NCBI RefSeq assembly: GCF_002113885.1
Contig: NW_018408798.1
Coordinates: 338,282-394,804, forward strand
Source: Mizuhopecten yessoensis
Taxonomy: Eukaryota
Direction of reading: 5' to 3'
DNA: 56,523 nt
Below the pieces are notes generated by a model. That model saw only the letters and a list, made by a program, of their open reading frames with translations, was not told the DNA's origin and did no database searches. The position numbers and the translations under genes were made by a program. This document shows, piece by piece, positions 11,520-24,137 of the stretch; position 1 is the stretch's first letter; each line of letters starts with the position of its first letter.

Positions 11520-14500
11520 TTGTCTATCTGTAATACATACCTGGTACTAACGTACTGGACATGGGTTTGACTGGTGTGTTTACCTGTAATACATACCTGG
11601 TACTACCGTACTGGACATGGATATGAGCATCATACACTGTTTTATTGTTGTCTAACTGTAATACATACCTGGTACTAACGAACTGGACACGGGTTTGACT
11701 GGTGTGTCAACCTGTAATACATACCTGGTACTACGTACTGGACACAGGTATGACTGCAGTGTGTCTACCTGTAATACATGCCTGGTACTACCGTACTGGA
11801 TATGGGTATGACTGTAGTGTGTCTACCTATAATACATACCTTAATACATACCTGGTACTACCGTACTGGACACAGGTTTTATTGTTGTCTATCTGTAATA
11901 CATACCTGGTACCAACGTACTGGACACGGGTATGACTGGCGAGTCTACCTGTAATACATACCTGGTACTACGTACTGGACACAGGTATGACTGCAGTCTG
12001 TCTACCTGTAATACATACCTGGTGCTAACATACTGGACACAGGTATGACTTGTGTGTCTACCTATAATACATACCTTAATACATACCTGGTACTACCGTA
12101 CTGGACACAGGTTTTATTGTTGTCTATCTGTAATACATACCTGGTACCAACGTACTGGACACGGGTATGACTGCTGAGTCTACGTGTAATGCATACCTGG
12201 TACTACTGTACTGGACACGGGTTTGACTGGTGTGTCAACCTGTAATACATACCTGGTACTACGTACTGGACACAGGTATGACTGCAGTGTGTCTACCTGT
12301 AATACATGCCTGGTACTACCGTACTGGACATGGATATGAGCATCATACACTGTTTTATTGTTGTCTGTCTGTAATACATACCTGGTACTAACATACTGGA
12401 CACAGGTATGACTTGTGTGTCTACCTATAATACATACCTTAATACATACCTGGTACTACCGTACTGGACATGGATATGAGCATCATACACTGTTTTATTG
12501 TTGTCTATCGGTAATACATACCTGGTACTAACGTAGTGGACATGGGTTTGACTGGTGTGTCTACCGATAATAAATACCTGGTACTAATGTACTGGACATT
12601 GGTATGACTGCAGTGTGTCTACCTGTAATACATCCCTGGTACTACCGTACTGGACACGGGTTTGACTGCAGGTGTGTGTCTACCTGTAATACATACCTGG
12701 CACTAACGTACTGGACACGGGTATGACTGCTGAGTCTACGTGTAATGCATACCTGGTACTACGTACTGGGCACAGGTATGATTGCAGTGTGTCTACCTGT
12801 AATACATGCCTGGTACTACCGTACTGGACATGGATATGAGCATCATACACTGTTTTATTGTTGTCTATCGGTAATACATACCTGGTACTAACGTACTGGA
12901 CACGGGTATGACTGGTGAGTCTACCTGTAATACATACCTGGTACTACTGTACTGGACACAGGTATGACTGGTGTGTCTACCTGGAATACATACCTGGTAC
13001 TAACGTACTGGACACGGGTTTGACTGGTGTGTCAACCTGTAATACATACCTGGTACTACTGTACTGGACACAGGTATGACTGGTGTGTCTACCTCTAATA
13101 CATACCTGGTACTAACGTACTGGACACAGGTATGACTGGTGAGTCTACCTGTAATACATACCAGGTACTACTGTACTGGACACAGGTATGACTGGTGTGA
13201 CTACCTGTAATACATACCTGGTACTAACGTACTGGACACAGGCTTGACTGGTGTGTCAACCTGTAATACATACCTGGTACTACCGTACTGGACATGGGTA
13301 TGACTGGTGTGTCTACCTGTAATACACACCTGGTACTACTGTACTGGACAAGGGTATGACTGATGTGTCTATCTGTAATAAATACCTGGTACTAACGTAC
13401 TGGACACGGGTATGACTGTTGAGTCTACCTGTAATACATACCTGGTACTAACGTACTGGACACAGGTATGACTGGTGTGTGTCTACCTGTAATACATACC
13501 TGGTGCTAACATACTGGACAAGGGTATGACTGGTGTGTCTACCTGTGATACATACCTGGTACTAACGTACTGGACAGGGGTTTGACTGGTGTGTCTCCCT
13601 GTAATACATACCTGGTACTAACATACTGGACACGGGTATGACTGCAGTGTGTCTGTAATACATACCTGGTACTAACATACTGGACACGGGTATGACTGCA
13701 GTGTGGCTACCTGTAATACATACCTGGTACTAGCGTTCTGGACATGGGTATTACTGTAACACATACCTGGTACTAACGTACTGAACACAGGTATGACTGG
13801 TGTGTGTACACCTGTAATACATACCTGGGACTACAGTACTGGACACGGGTTTGACTGGGGGGTCTACCTGTAATACATACTTGGTACTAACGTACTGGAC
13901 AAGGGTTTGACTGGTGTGTGTCTCCCTGGAATACATACCTGGTACTAACGCACTGGACACGGGGATGACTGTTGAGTCTACCTGTAATACATACCTGTTA
14001 CGTGTGTCTTCCTGTAATACATACTTGGTACTAACGTACTGGACAAGGGTTTGACTGGTGTGTGTCTACCTGAAATACATACCTGGTACTAACGTACTGA
14101 ACACAGGTATGACTGGTGTGTGTCCACCTGTAACACATACCTGGTACTACCGTACTGGATATGGGTATGACTGTAGTGTGTCTACCTATAATACATACCT
14201 GTTACTAGCGTTCTGGACACGGGTATGACTGGTGTGGCTACCTGTAATACATCCCTGGTACTACCGTACTGGACACGGGTATGGCTGGTGAGTCTACCTG
14301 TAATACATCCCTGGTACTAACTTACTGGACATGGGTATGACTGGTGAGTCTACCTGTAATACATACCTGGTACTAACGTACGGGACAGGGGTTTGACTGG
14401 TGTGTCTATCTGTAATACATACCTGGTACTAACATACTGGACACGGGTATGACTGGTGTGTGTCTACCTATAATACATACCTGTTACTAGCGTTCTGGAC

Positions 14501-16955
14501 ATGGGTATTACTGTAACACATACCTGGTACTAACGTACTGGACAAGGGTTTGACTGGTGTGTGTCTACCTGGAATACATACCTGGTACTAACGTACTGGA
14601 CACAGATATGACTGGTGTGTCTACCTGTAATACATACCTGGTACTGACGTACTGGACACGGGTTTGACTGGTGTGTCTACCTGTAATACATACCTGGTAC
14701 TAACGTACTGGACAAGGGTTTGACTGGTGCGTCTACCTGTAATACATACCTGGTACTGACGTACTGGAGTAGTGTGTCCACCTGTAATACATACCTGGTA
14801 CTACCGTACTGGACATGGGTATGACTGCAGTGTGTCTACCTGTAATACATACCTGGTACTAGCGTTCTGGACATGGGTATGACTGGTGTGTCTACCCGTA
14901 ATACATACCTGGTACTACCGTACTGGATATGGGTATGACTGTAGTGTCTACCTGTAATACATACCTGGTACTAACGTACTGAACAAGGGTATGACTGGTG
15001 TGTGTCTACCTATAATAAATACCTGGTACTAATTAACGTACTGGACAAGGGTTTGACTGGTGTGTCTACCCGTAATACATACCTGGTACTACCGTACTGG
15101 ATATGGGTATGACTGTAGTGTGTCTACCTGTAATACATACCTGGTACTAGCGTTCTGGACATGGGTATGACTGTAGTGTGTCTACCCACAGATATGACTG
15201 GTGTGTCTACCTGTAATACATACCTGTTACTACCGTACTGGACATGGGTATGACTGGTGAGTCTACCTGTAATACATACCTGGTACTAACTTACTGGACA
15301 TGGGTATGACTGTAGTGTGTCTACCTATACATACCTGGTACTACTGTACTGGACATGGGTATGACTGGTGTGTCTACCTATAATAAATACCTGGTACTAA
15401 TTAACGTACTGGACAAGGGTTTGACTGGTGTGTCTACCTGTAATACATACCTGGTACTACCGTACTGGACATGGGTATGACTGGTGTGTCTACCTGTAAT
15501 ACATACCTGGTACTACCGTACTGGACATGGGTATGACTGCAGTGTGTCTACCTGTAATACATACCTGGTACTACCGTACTGGACATGGGTATGACTGGTG
15601 TGTCTACCTGTAATAAATACCTGGTACTAGCGTTCTGGACATGGGTATGACTGGTGTGTCTACCCGTAATACATACCTGTTACTAGCGTTCTGGACATGG
15701 GTATGACTGCAGTGTGTCTACCTGTAATACATACCTGGTACTAGCGTTCTGGACATGGGTATGACTGTAGTGTGTCTACCTATAATACATACCTGTTACT
15801 AGCGTTCTGGACACGGGTATGACTGGTGTGTCTACCTGTAATACATACCTGGTACTAACGTACTGGACAAGGGTTTGACTGGTGTGTCTACCTGTAATAC
15901 ATACCTGGTACTAACATACTGGACACGGGTATGACTGGTGTGTGTCTACCTGTAATACATACCTGGTACTAACATACTGGACACGGGTATGACTGCAGTG
16001 TGTCTACCTGTAATACATACCTGGTACTACGTACTGGACACAGGTATGACTGCAGTGTGTCTACCTGTAATACATACCTGGTACTACCGTACTGGACATG
16101 GGTATGACTGGGGAGCCTACCTGTAATACATACCTGGTACTAACGTACTGGACATGGGTATGACTGGTGTGTCTCCCTGTAATAAATACCTGGTACTAGC
16201 GTTCTGGACCTGGGTATGACTGGTGTGTCTACCTGTAATACATACCTGGAACTACCGTACTGGACATGGGTATGACTGGGGTGTCTACCCGTAATACATA
16301 CCTGGTACTACCGTACTGGACACGGGTATGACTGGTGAGTCTACCTGTAATACACACCTGGTAATACTGTACTGGACATGGGTATGACTGTAGTGTGTCT
16401 ACCCGAAATACATACCTGTTACTAGCGTACTGGACACGGGTATGACTGGTGTGTCTACCTGTAATACATACCTGGAACTACCGTACTGGACATGGGTATG
16501 ACTGGGGAGCCTACCTGTAATACATACCTGGTACTAACTTACTGGACATGGGTATGACTGGTGTGTCTACCTGTAATACATACCTGTTACTAGCGTTCTG
16601 GACATGGGTATGACTGTAGTGTGTCTACCCGTAATACATACCTGTTACTAGCGTACTGGACATGGGTATGACTGGTGTGTCTACCTGTAATACATACCTG
16701 GTACTAACGTACTGGACATGGGTATGACTGGTGTGTCTACCTGTAATAAATACCTGGTACTAGCGTTCTGGACCTGGGTATGACTGGTGTGTCTACCTGT
16801 AATACATACCTGTTACTAGCGTTCTGGACATGGGTATGACTGCAGTGTGTCTACCTGTAATACATACCTGGTACTAGCGTTCTGGACATGGGTATGACTG
16901 TAGTGTGTCTACCTATAATACATACCTGTTACTAGCGTTCTGGACACGGGTATGA
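11520..16955. repeat. About 56-bp tandem repeat (gtctacctgtaatacatacctggtactaacgtactggacacgggtatgactggtgt), about 95 copies
   Basis: Largest array in the window, with many length variants. Confidence 0.98.
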
Positions 16956-16999
16956 TCGCAGTACATGGCACGCTAAACTAGACTTGATCAATACAAATA

Positions 17000-17332
17000 T
17001 TGTTTACCATACTCTGTTACCATACATTGTTTTACCATACCCTTTTTACCATAATCTGTTTACCATACTCTGTTTACCATACTTTGTTTTACCATACTTT
17101 GTTTACCAAACTCTGTTTAACATACTTTGTTTTACCAAACTCTATTTACCATACTTTGTTTTACCATACTCTGTTTACCATACTCTGTTTACCATACTTT
17201 GTTTTACCATACTTTGTTTACCAAACTTTGTTTTACCCTACTTTGTTTTACCATACTTTGTTTTACCCTACTCTGTTTACCATACTTTGTTTTACCATAC
17301 TTTGTTTACCATACTTTGTTTACCAAACTTTG
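17000..17332. repeat. 15/16-bp repeat (taccatactttgttt[t])
   Basis: Read directly; accounts for the three overlapping ORFs here. Confidence 0.95.
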
Positions 17333-19235
17333 TATGTGATAAGCCTGCAGTCTGTAGTAAGTTTACCTTCATTTGCTGTAGTAAAAACATAGAATAAACT
17401 GCAAAGAAATAAAGTTTTATCTGGTGTGAAAGTAGAGAGTATGGGTTTTCAATCCCATTTTTATATGGATGTTTAAAACAGGAATAGGTAAAGTGTGACC
17501 CAGGTGATGTAAATCTGGATCAAGTGGCCTTCACCATGAACAACTTTCCTGTGAATAAATTTAATTTCCGACAGTAATAATGTTTGATAATAAAAGCCAG
17601 TTTTATTTTTATTTCACTTGATCCAAAAGACCGAGAGAGTTTTATTCCTGATAATTGGTGTCCATCAACAACCTTTCCTGTAGAAGGCTACTTTTCTAGA
17701 ATAATTGAAGTTATTTTCACTCAGTTTGGTATGGATCATCCTGTAGGCCAATGAGACGTGCCTGGGTGACAGAAGTAGCTATAATTGCCCAAGATAAGAA
17801 TGGGTGTAAATTTTCAAATGACTACTTTAGGTCTAGGAGAATGGATGTTAACCCAACTTTACTCTGCAATTAGTAGGAATCTTTTCTATGGAAAGCACAT
17901 TTGGCATTGTACAAATAAAGTTTCTTTGTACATAGTGAAAACCAAATTATTTGAAAATTTCGCTATATTAAGCAAAACTGGTTTATAGTTTCAAGTAAGC
18001 TTGTTAAATGTATGTGGAGATAAGGTCATTCCTGAAGTTTAATTTTGGAAGATGGTTGTGCAAGACAGGATTAATGCTTTTGAGTATTTAAATACATACA
18101 GGTAGTATACTTAAGTCGGCCAGTTAAAATGTGCTGATCCATGTATACAATACATGCTAGTGAAATCTGAGGATGACAGTGAAATAAGATGGATGTTCAT
18201 TGGTATCAATACATGTTGGTGAATATTCGCTTGAGAAGAGAAACTGGTTGTTGTGTGAAAATCGACGCGGCTGCTTCATTTCTGACGGAACAGTGAAGGT
18301 CTAGGTGGATCAATATCCCAGTGATCCCTCTATCACTTCCCCACATACACCTAGCTGGGCATGCACAGCTTACAGCTAATTCCATAACTTATCCTTTGGT
18401 GATTGTCTTCGTCTTCGATTCTGCCTCTCATTCATTAGCACCAGAGACATGATAACTGTCAAACGTCTAGATGACTGAGATGTATCAGCAAATCGTCGGT
18501 TTTATTAAAGGCAACTTGGTATTCGTTAGCATGTACAGTCTGTGAAAATGATCAAACACAATCATATTCAAAATTGCGTTTATTTTTTTTTATTTTTTCA
18601 TTTATGCATTCATTCTTGTTCATTGATTGTCGCTGATCGAAACGAAAAAGAAGAAGTGCTTGTGACATTCTGTTAATTTCAGATATTGATGCCGTGTTTA
18701 ATGTTACAATTACACTGCATGGCTTCTCTCGGAAGATTCTTTACATATTATGACACATTTTATGAGTATCATGAACAGTAAAAAGTAAATTGCAGACAGT
18801 CATTTCCATTGGATCGGCTACTGAGATATATCTCACTCACACTAACGGAGATACAAAGCCGTGTGACATTAGCATTGCCATATAAACTCTCACATGAATT
18901 GTCCACAGTCCTTTAGGGTGATCAAAGGCAGAGTCAAAAAAATAATACTTGTTCTGTTCAATGAAAATCTAGAAAAGTAAGAAGGGAGATCGATAGATTT
19001 TTAATTTGAAATTTATGTCTATAAAAACATAACAACAACAGACAAGCAATATAATGTTAAAATATTTTGCTAGATCACTTAGTTTACATGTTATCACTAC
19101 GACTGTTTAGCATGTTTAAACACAGATACATAGGATACCAAATAAGTTCTCAATTCACATGGACTTCATTAAACAAGCTTCAGCGAGGTTTATATAATAG
19201 GAAACAGAAACAAGGCTGAGCTTGTTTGTGTAACA

Positions 19236-19292
19236 TGAGTCACTGAATATGATCTACGCAGAAAGGTCATTACCATAGTTTCATGACGTCAT
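19236..19292. promoter_or_regulatory. AP-1 site (TGAGTCA, 19236-19242) and full palindromic CRE (ATGACGTCAT, 19283-19292)
   Basis: Exact consensus matches about 40 bp apart in unique intron sequence upstream of the UCR2 exon. Function untested. Confidence 0.4.
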
Positions 19293-19930
19293 TGTATTCT
19301 TCCTTATGACATATTTTACTTGATGAAATGAAGTTACATATCAAACATTTATGAGTTGGTTTGAGGCAGCATCACAGCTTCAGCAGGTGATCAGTAAATA
19401 TGTGTACACGAACAGGCATGGCAAGTATGGTAGCACAAGGAAACAGACCAAATGTGTATTTGGCCTGTAGGAAATGTTAATTATGAACTCACATGGGAAA
19501 CCACATTCTGTCATATTCCTCCTCAACACTAGTTGTAGTGACACATTTATGTCATGTGTTGTTCCTACATAGACTTCCTCTCTGGAAACCACTTTCAGAT
19601 AAAATCTGGAAAGAATTGAAAGCTGTCTAATATATCTAGGAAATGGTGCCAGGTTGTAAATTTATTTATTTTTATAAAAAAAAAACAAGTTTTTCATCAC
19701 ATTGATTTTTACTTGTTTTTTTTTACTTTTTTGAGTGTGGAATGGACAGATGTGAGAGATACTGGTGTTGATTGGGGCTGAAAGTAGCTTCTCTAAGGTC
19801 ATTGCCTCTAACTAATCCTCTGTTATGTCACAAAGTTCTGCACTCAGAGTAATATCAGAAGCATTTGGCAAAACAAGTCTATCTATTTATACAATCAATA
19901 CAATCGACCAAATTGAAAGGTCACTGTATA

Positions 19931-22386
19931 GGTCATTTGTCTGTAGGGGTCACATGTCTGTAGGGGTCACATGTCTGTAGGGGTCATTTGTCTGTAGGGG
20001 TCACTTGTCTGAAGGGGTCACATGTCTGTAGGGGTCACATGTCTGTAGGGGTCATTTGTCTGTAGGGGTCACATATCTGAAGGGGGTCATTTGTCTGTAG
20101 GGTTCCTTGTATGTAGGGGTCATTTTTCTGTAGGGGTCACATGTCTGTAGGGGTCACATGTCTGTAGGGGTCACATGTCAGTAGAGGTCACATGTCTGTA
20201 GAGGTCACATGTCTGTAGGGGTCCGTTGTATGTAGAGGTCACATGTATGTAGAGGCCACATGTCTGTAGAGGTCACATGTCGGTAGGGATAATTTGTCTG
20301 TAGGGGTCACATGTATGTAGAGGTCACATGTATGTAGGGGTCATTTGTCTGTAGGGGTCACATGTCTTTAGGGGTCACTTGTCTGTAGGGGTCATTTGTC
20401 TGTAGGGGTCACATGTCTGTAGAGGTCATTTGTCTGTAGGGGTCATTTGTCTGTAGGGGTCACTTGTCTGTAGGGGTCACATGTCTGTTGGGGTCATTTG
20501 TCTGTAGAGGTCACATGTATGTAGAGGCCACATGTCTGTAGAGGTCACATGTCTGTAGGGATAATTTGTCTGTAGGGGTCACATGTCTGTAGGGGTCACA
20601 TGTCTGTTGGGGTCATTTGTCTGTAGGGGTCACTTGTCTGTAGGGGTCACATGTCTGTAGGGGTCACATGTCTGTAGGGGTCACTTGTCTGTAGGGGTCA
20701 CTTGTCTGTAGGGGTCACATGTCTGTTGGGGTCATTTGTCTGTAGGAGTCACATGTCTGTAGTGGTCACATGTCTGTAGAGGTCACATGTCTGTAGGGGT
20801 CATTTGTCTGTAGGGTCTCTTGTCTGTAGGGGTCACATGTCTGTAGAGGTCACAGGTCTGTAGGGGTCACTTGTCTGTAGAGGACACATGTATGTAGAGG
20901 TCACATGTCTATAGGTGTCACTTGTCTATAGGGTTCATTTGTCTGTAGGGGTCACATGTCTGTAGGGGTCACATGTCTGTAGGGTCACTTGTCTGTAGGG
21001 GTCATTTGCCTGTAGGGGTCACATGTATGTAGAGGTCACATGTATGTAAAGGTCACATGTCTGTAGGGGTCACATGTCCGTATGGGTCCTTTGTCTGTAG
21101 GGGTCACATGTCTGTAGGGGTCACATGTTTGTAGGGGTCACATGTCTGTAGGGTGTCACTTGACTGTAGGGGTCACATGTATGTAGGGTCACTTGTCTGT
21201 AGGGGTCAGATGTCTGTAGGGGTCACTTGTCTGTAGGGGTCACATGTCTGTAGGGGTCACATGTCTGTAGGGGTCATTTGTCTGTAGGGGTCACATATCT
21301 GAAGGGGTCATTTGTCTGTAGGGTTCACATGTATGTAGGGGTCATTTTTCTGTAGGGGTCACATGTCTTTAGGGGTCACTTGTCTGTAGGGGTCATTTGT
21401 CTGTAGGGGTCACATGTCTGTAGAGGTCACATGTCGGTAGGGATAATTTGTCTGTAGAGGTCACATGTAGGTAGGGATAATTTGTCTGTAGGGGTCACAT
21501 GTATGTAGAGGTCACATGTATGTAGGGGTCACATGTCTGTAGGGGTCATTTGTCTGTAGGAGTCACATGTCTGTAGGGGTCACATGTCAGTAGAGGTCTC
21601 ATGTCTGTAGGGGTCCGTTGTATGTAGAGGTCACCTGTATGTAGAGGCCACATGTCTGTAGAGGTCACATGACTGTAGGGGTCATTTGTCTGTAGGGGTT
21701 ACATGTCTTTAGGGGTCACTTGTCTGTAGGGTTCACATGTATGTAGGGGTCATTTGTCTGTAGGGTTCACATGTCTGTAGAGGTCATTTGTCTGTAGGGG
21801 TCAGGTGTCTGTAGGGGTCACTTGTCTGAAGGGGTCACATGTCTGTAGGGGTCATTTGTGTGTAGGGGTCACTTGTCTGAAGAGGTCACATGTATGTAGA
21901 GGTCACATGTCTGTAGAGGTCACAGGTATGTAGGGGTCACTTGTCTGTAGGGGGCACATGTCAGTAGAGGTCACATGTCTGTAGTGGTCATTTGTCTGTA
22001 GGGTCTCTTGTCTGTAGGGGTCACCTGTCTGTAGAGGTCACAGGTCTGTAGGGGTCACTTGTCTGTAGAGGTCACATGTATGTAGAGGTCACATGTCTAT
22101 AGGTGTCACTTGTCTATAGGGTTCATTTGTCTGTAGGGTTCACATGTCTGTAAGGGTCACATGTCTGTAGGGTCACTTGTCTGTAGGGGTCACATGTATG
22201 TAGAGGTCACATGTATGTAAAGGTCACATGTCTGTAGGGGTCACATGTCCGTATAGGTCCTTTGTCTGTAGGGGTCACATGTCTGTAGGGGTCACATGTT
22301 TGTAGGGGTCACATGTCTGTAGGGTGTCACTTGACTGTAGGGGTCACATATATGTAGGGTCACTCGTCTGTAGGGGTCAGATGTCT
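19931..22386. repeat. 17-bp minisatellite (gtctgtaggggtcacat), about 144 copies
   Basis: Units at 19939, 19956 and 19973. Confidence 0.98.
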
Positions 22387-22725
22387 TATAATTTGGAAAA
22401 TGAGCAAATGTAGGCAAACAGTTAGCAACAAACAAAAAACCTTCATTTATCAAATGAGCTAATGACTTGGATGTGTTTTCCTATTTCAACACATCCAAGA
22501 AATAATTTAACTTTCCTCGGTAACAAGATACAGACATAGCCTTTTCTAGTCACATTTCCGTACTTTGGTACATTTTGTCACTAAAATGCGACAGAGCAGT
22601 TCTTAATATAACACTTTGCTCTACATTTTATAAAAACAAATGGGATTCTTTGAAATTCTATTTGGAGTTATTAATACTAAAGCTTAATAGTTGTAATATC
22701 AGAATCATTTATAACCCATCCCTGG

Positions 22726-23569
22726 TATAATACAGCATCCTAACAGTCACCAGTGACATGAAATACAGCATCCTTACTTACAGTCACCAGTGACATATAA
22801 TACAGTGTCCTTACTTACAGTCACCAGTGACATATAATACAACATCCTTACAATCACCGGTGACATATAATACAACATCCTAACAGTCACCAGTGACATG
22901 TAATACAGCATCCTTACTTACAGTCACCAGTGACATGTAATACAGCATATAATACAACATCCTTACAATCACCGGTGACATATAATACAGCATCCTTACA
23001 GTCACCAGTGACATGTAATACAGCATCCTTACAGTCACCAGTGACATATAATACAGCATTCTTACAGTCACCAGTGACATATAATACAGTGTCCTTACAG
23101 TCGCCAGTCACATATAATACAGTATCCTTACAGTCACCAGTGACATATAATACAGCATCCTTACAGTCACCAGTGACATATAATACAGCATCCTTACAGT
23201 CACCAGTGACATATAATACAGCATCCTTACAGTCACCAGTGACATATAATACAGCATCCTTACAGTCACCAGTGACATATAATACAGCATCCTTACAGTC
23301 ACCAGTGACATATAATACAGCATCCTTACAGTCACCAGTGACATATAATACAGCATCCTTACAGTCACCAGTGACATATAATACAGCATCCTTACAGTCA
23401 CCAGTGACAATAATTATACAGCATCCTTACAGTCACCAGTGAGATATAATACAGCATCCTTACAGTCACCAGTGACATATAACACAGTGTCCTTACAGTC
23501 ACAAGTCACATATAATACAGCATCCTTACAGTCACCAGTGACATATTATACAGCATCCTTACAGTCACT
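22726..23569. repeat. 33-bp minisatellite (taatacagcatccttacagtcaccagtgacata), about 25 copies
   Basis: 11-residue periodicity in the ORF track matches the 33-bp unit. Confidence 0.98.
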
Positions 23570-23739
23570 ATTAACAGATGAGAACTCAGACATTGAACGG
23601 TAACTTAAGGTATATTCACTATTTACAGATGAGAACTCAGACATTGAACGGTAACTTAAGGTATATTCACTATTTACAGATGAGAACTCAGACATTGAAC
23701 AGTAACTTAAGGTATATTCACTATTTACAGATGAGAACT
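23565..23739. repeat. 51-bp tandem repeat overlapping the PDE4 UCR2 splice acceptor (about 3.4 copies)
   Basis: CAG|ATGAGAACT recurs with the AG ending at 23577, 23628, 23679 and 23730. Confidence 0.97.
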
Positions 23740-23843
23740 ACACCAAGCTGGCCATGGATACCCTAGAAGAACTTGACTGGTGTCTTGACCAGCTAGAAAC
23801 CATCCAGACTCATCGGTCAGTTAGTGACATGGCGTCCAGCAAG
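23731..23843 (+). CDS. PDE4: PDE4 exon, N-terminal half of UCR2: (D)[37 protein letters not shown]
   Basis: [21 protein letters not shown] is the PDE4/dunce UCR2 signature. Acceptor tttacag ends at 23730 and donor AAG|GTAGGT starts at 23844; 113 nt, phase 1 to 0. Confidence 0.97.
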
Positions 23844-24043
23844 GTAGGTTTTACAACAAGTAGGACTGACATTGATGAAGGCCTCACTGGATTCTATACT
23901 ATCGCAAATGAGATCCTGACTTACACGCCTTATTATGACATATTGTTGTTTAAATCTGTAACTTGTTGTCAACTTAAGAAGAGTTCTTTATACACAGATA
24001 ATGTGTGATATATTTAAACATTTTGTGGCTCCTTTTCTTACAG

Positions 24044-24137
24044 TTTAAACGGATGTTGAATCGAGAATTGAGTCATTTTGCGGAATCTAGCAAGTCAGGA
24101 AACCAAATAGCAGAATATATCTGTAGCACATATCTAG
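24044..24137 (+). CDS. PDE4: PDE4 exon, C-terminal half of UCR2: [31 protein letters not shown]
   Basis: [18 protein letters not shown] is the UCR2 motif. Acceptor ttcttacag, donor TAG|GTAAGT; 94 nt, phase 0 to 1. Confidence 0.97.

Noticed and set aside
22880-23442. 170-aa and antisense ORFs with an 11-residue period as a repeat protein
   Set aside because: They result from a 33-bp unit that lacks stops in some frames; there is no unique coding flank.
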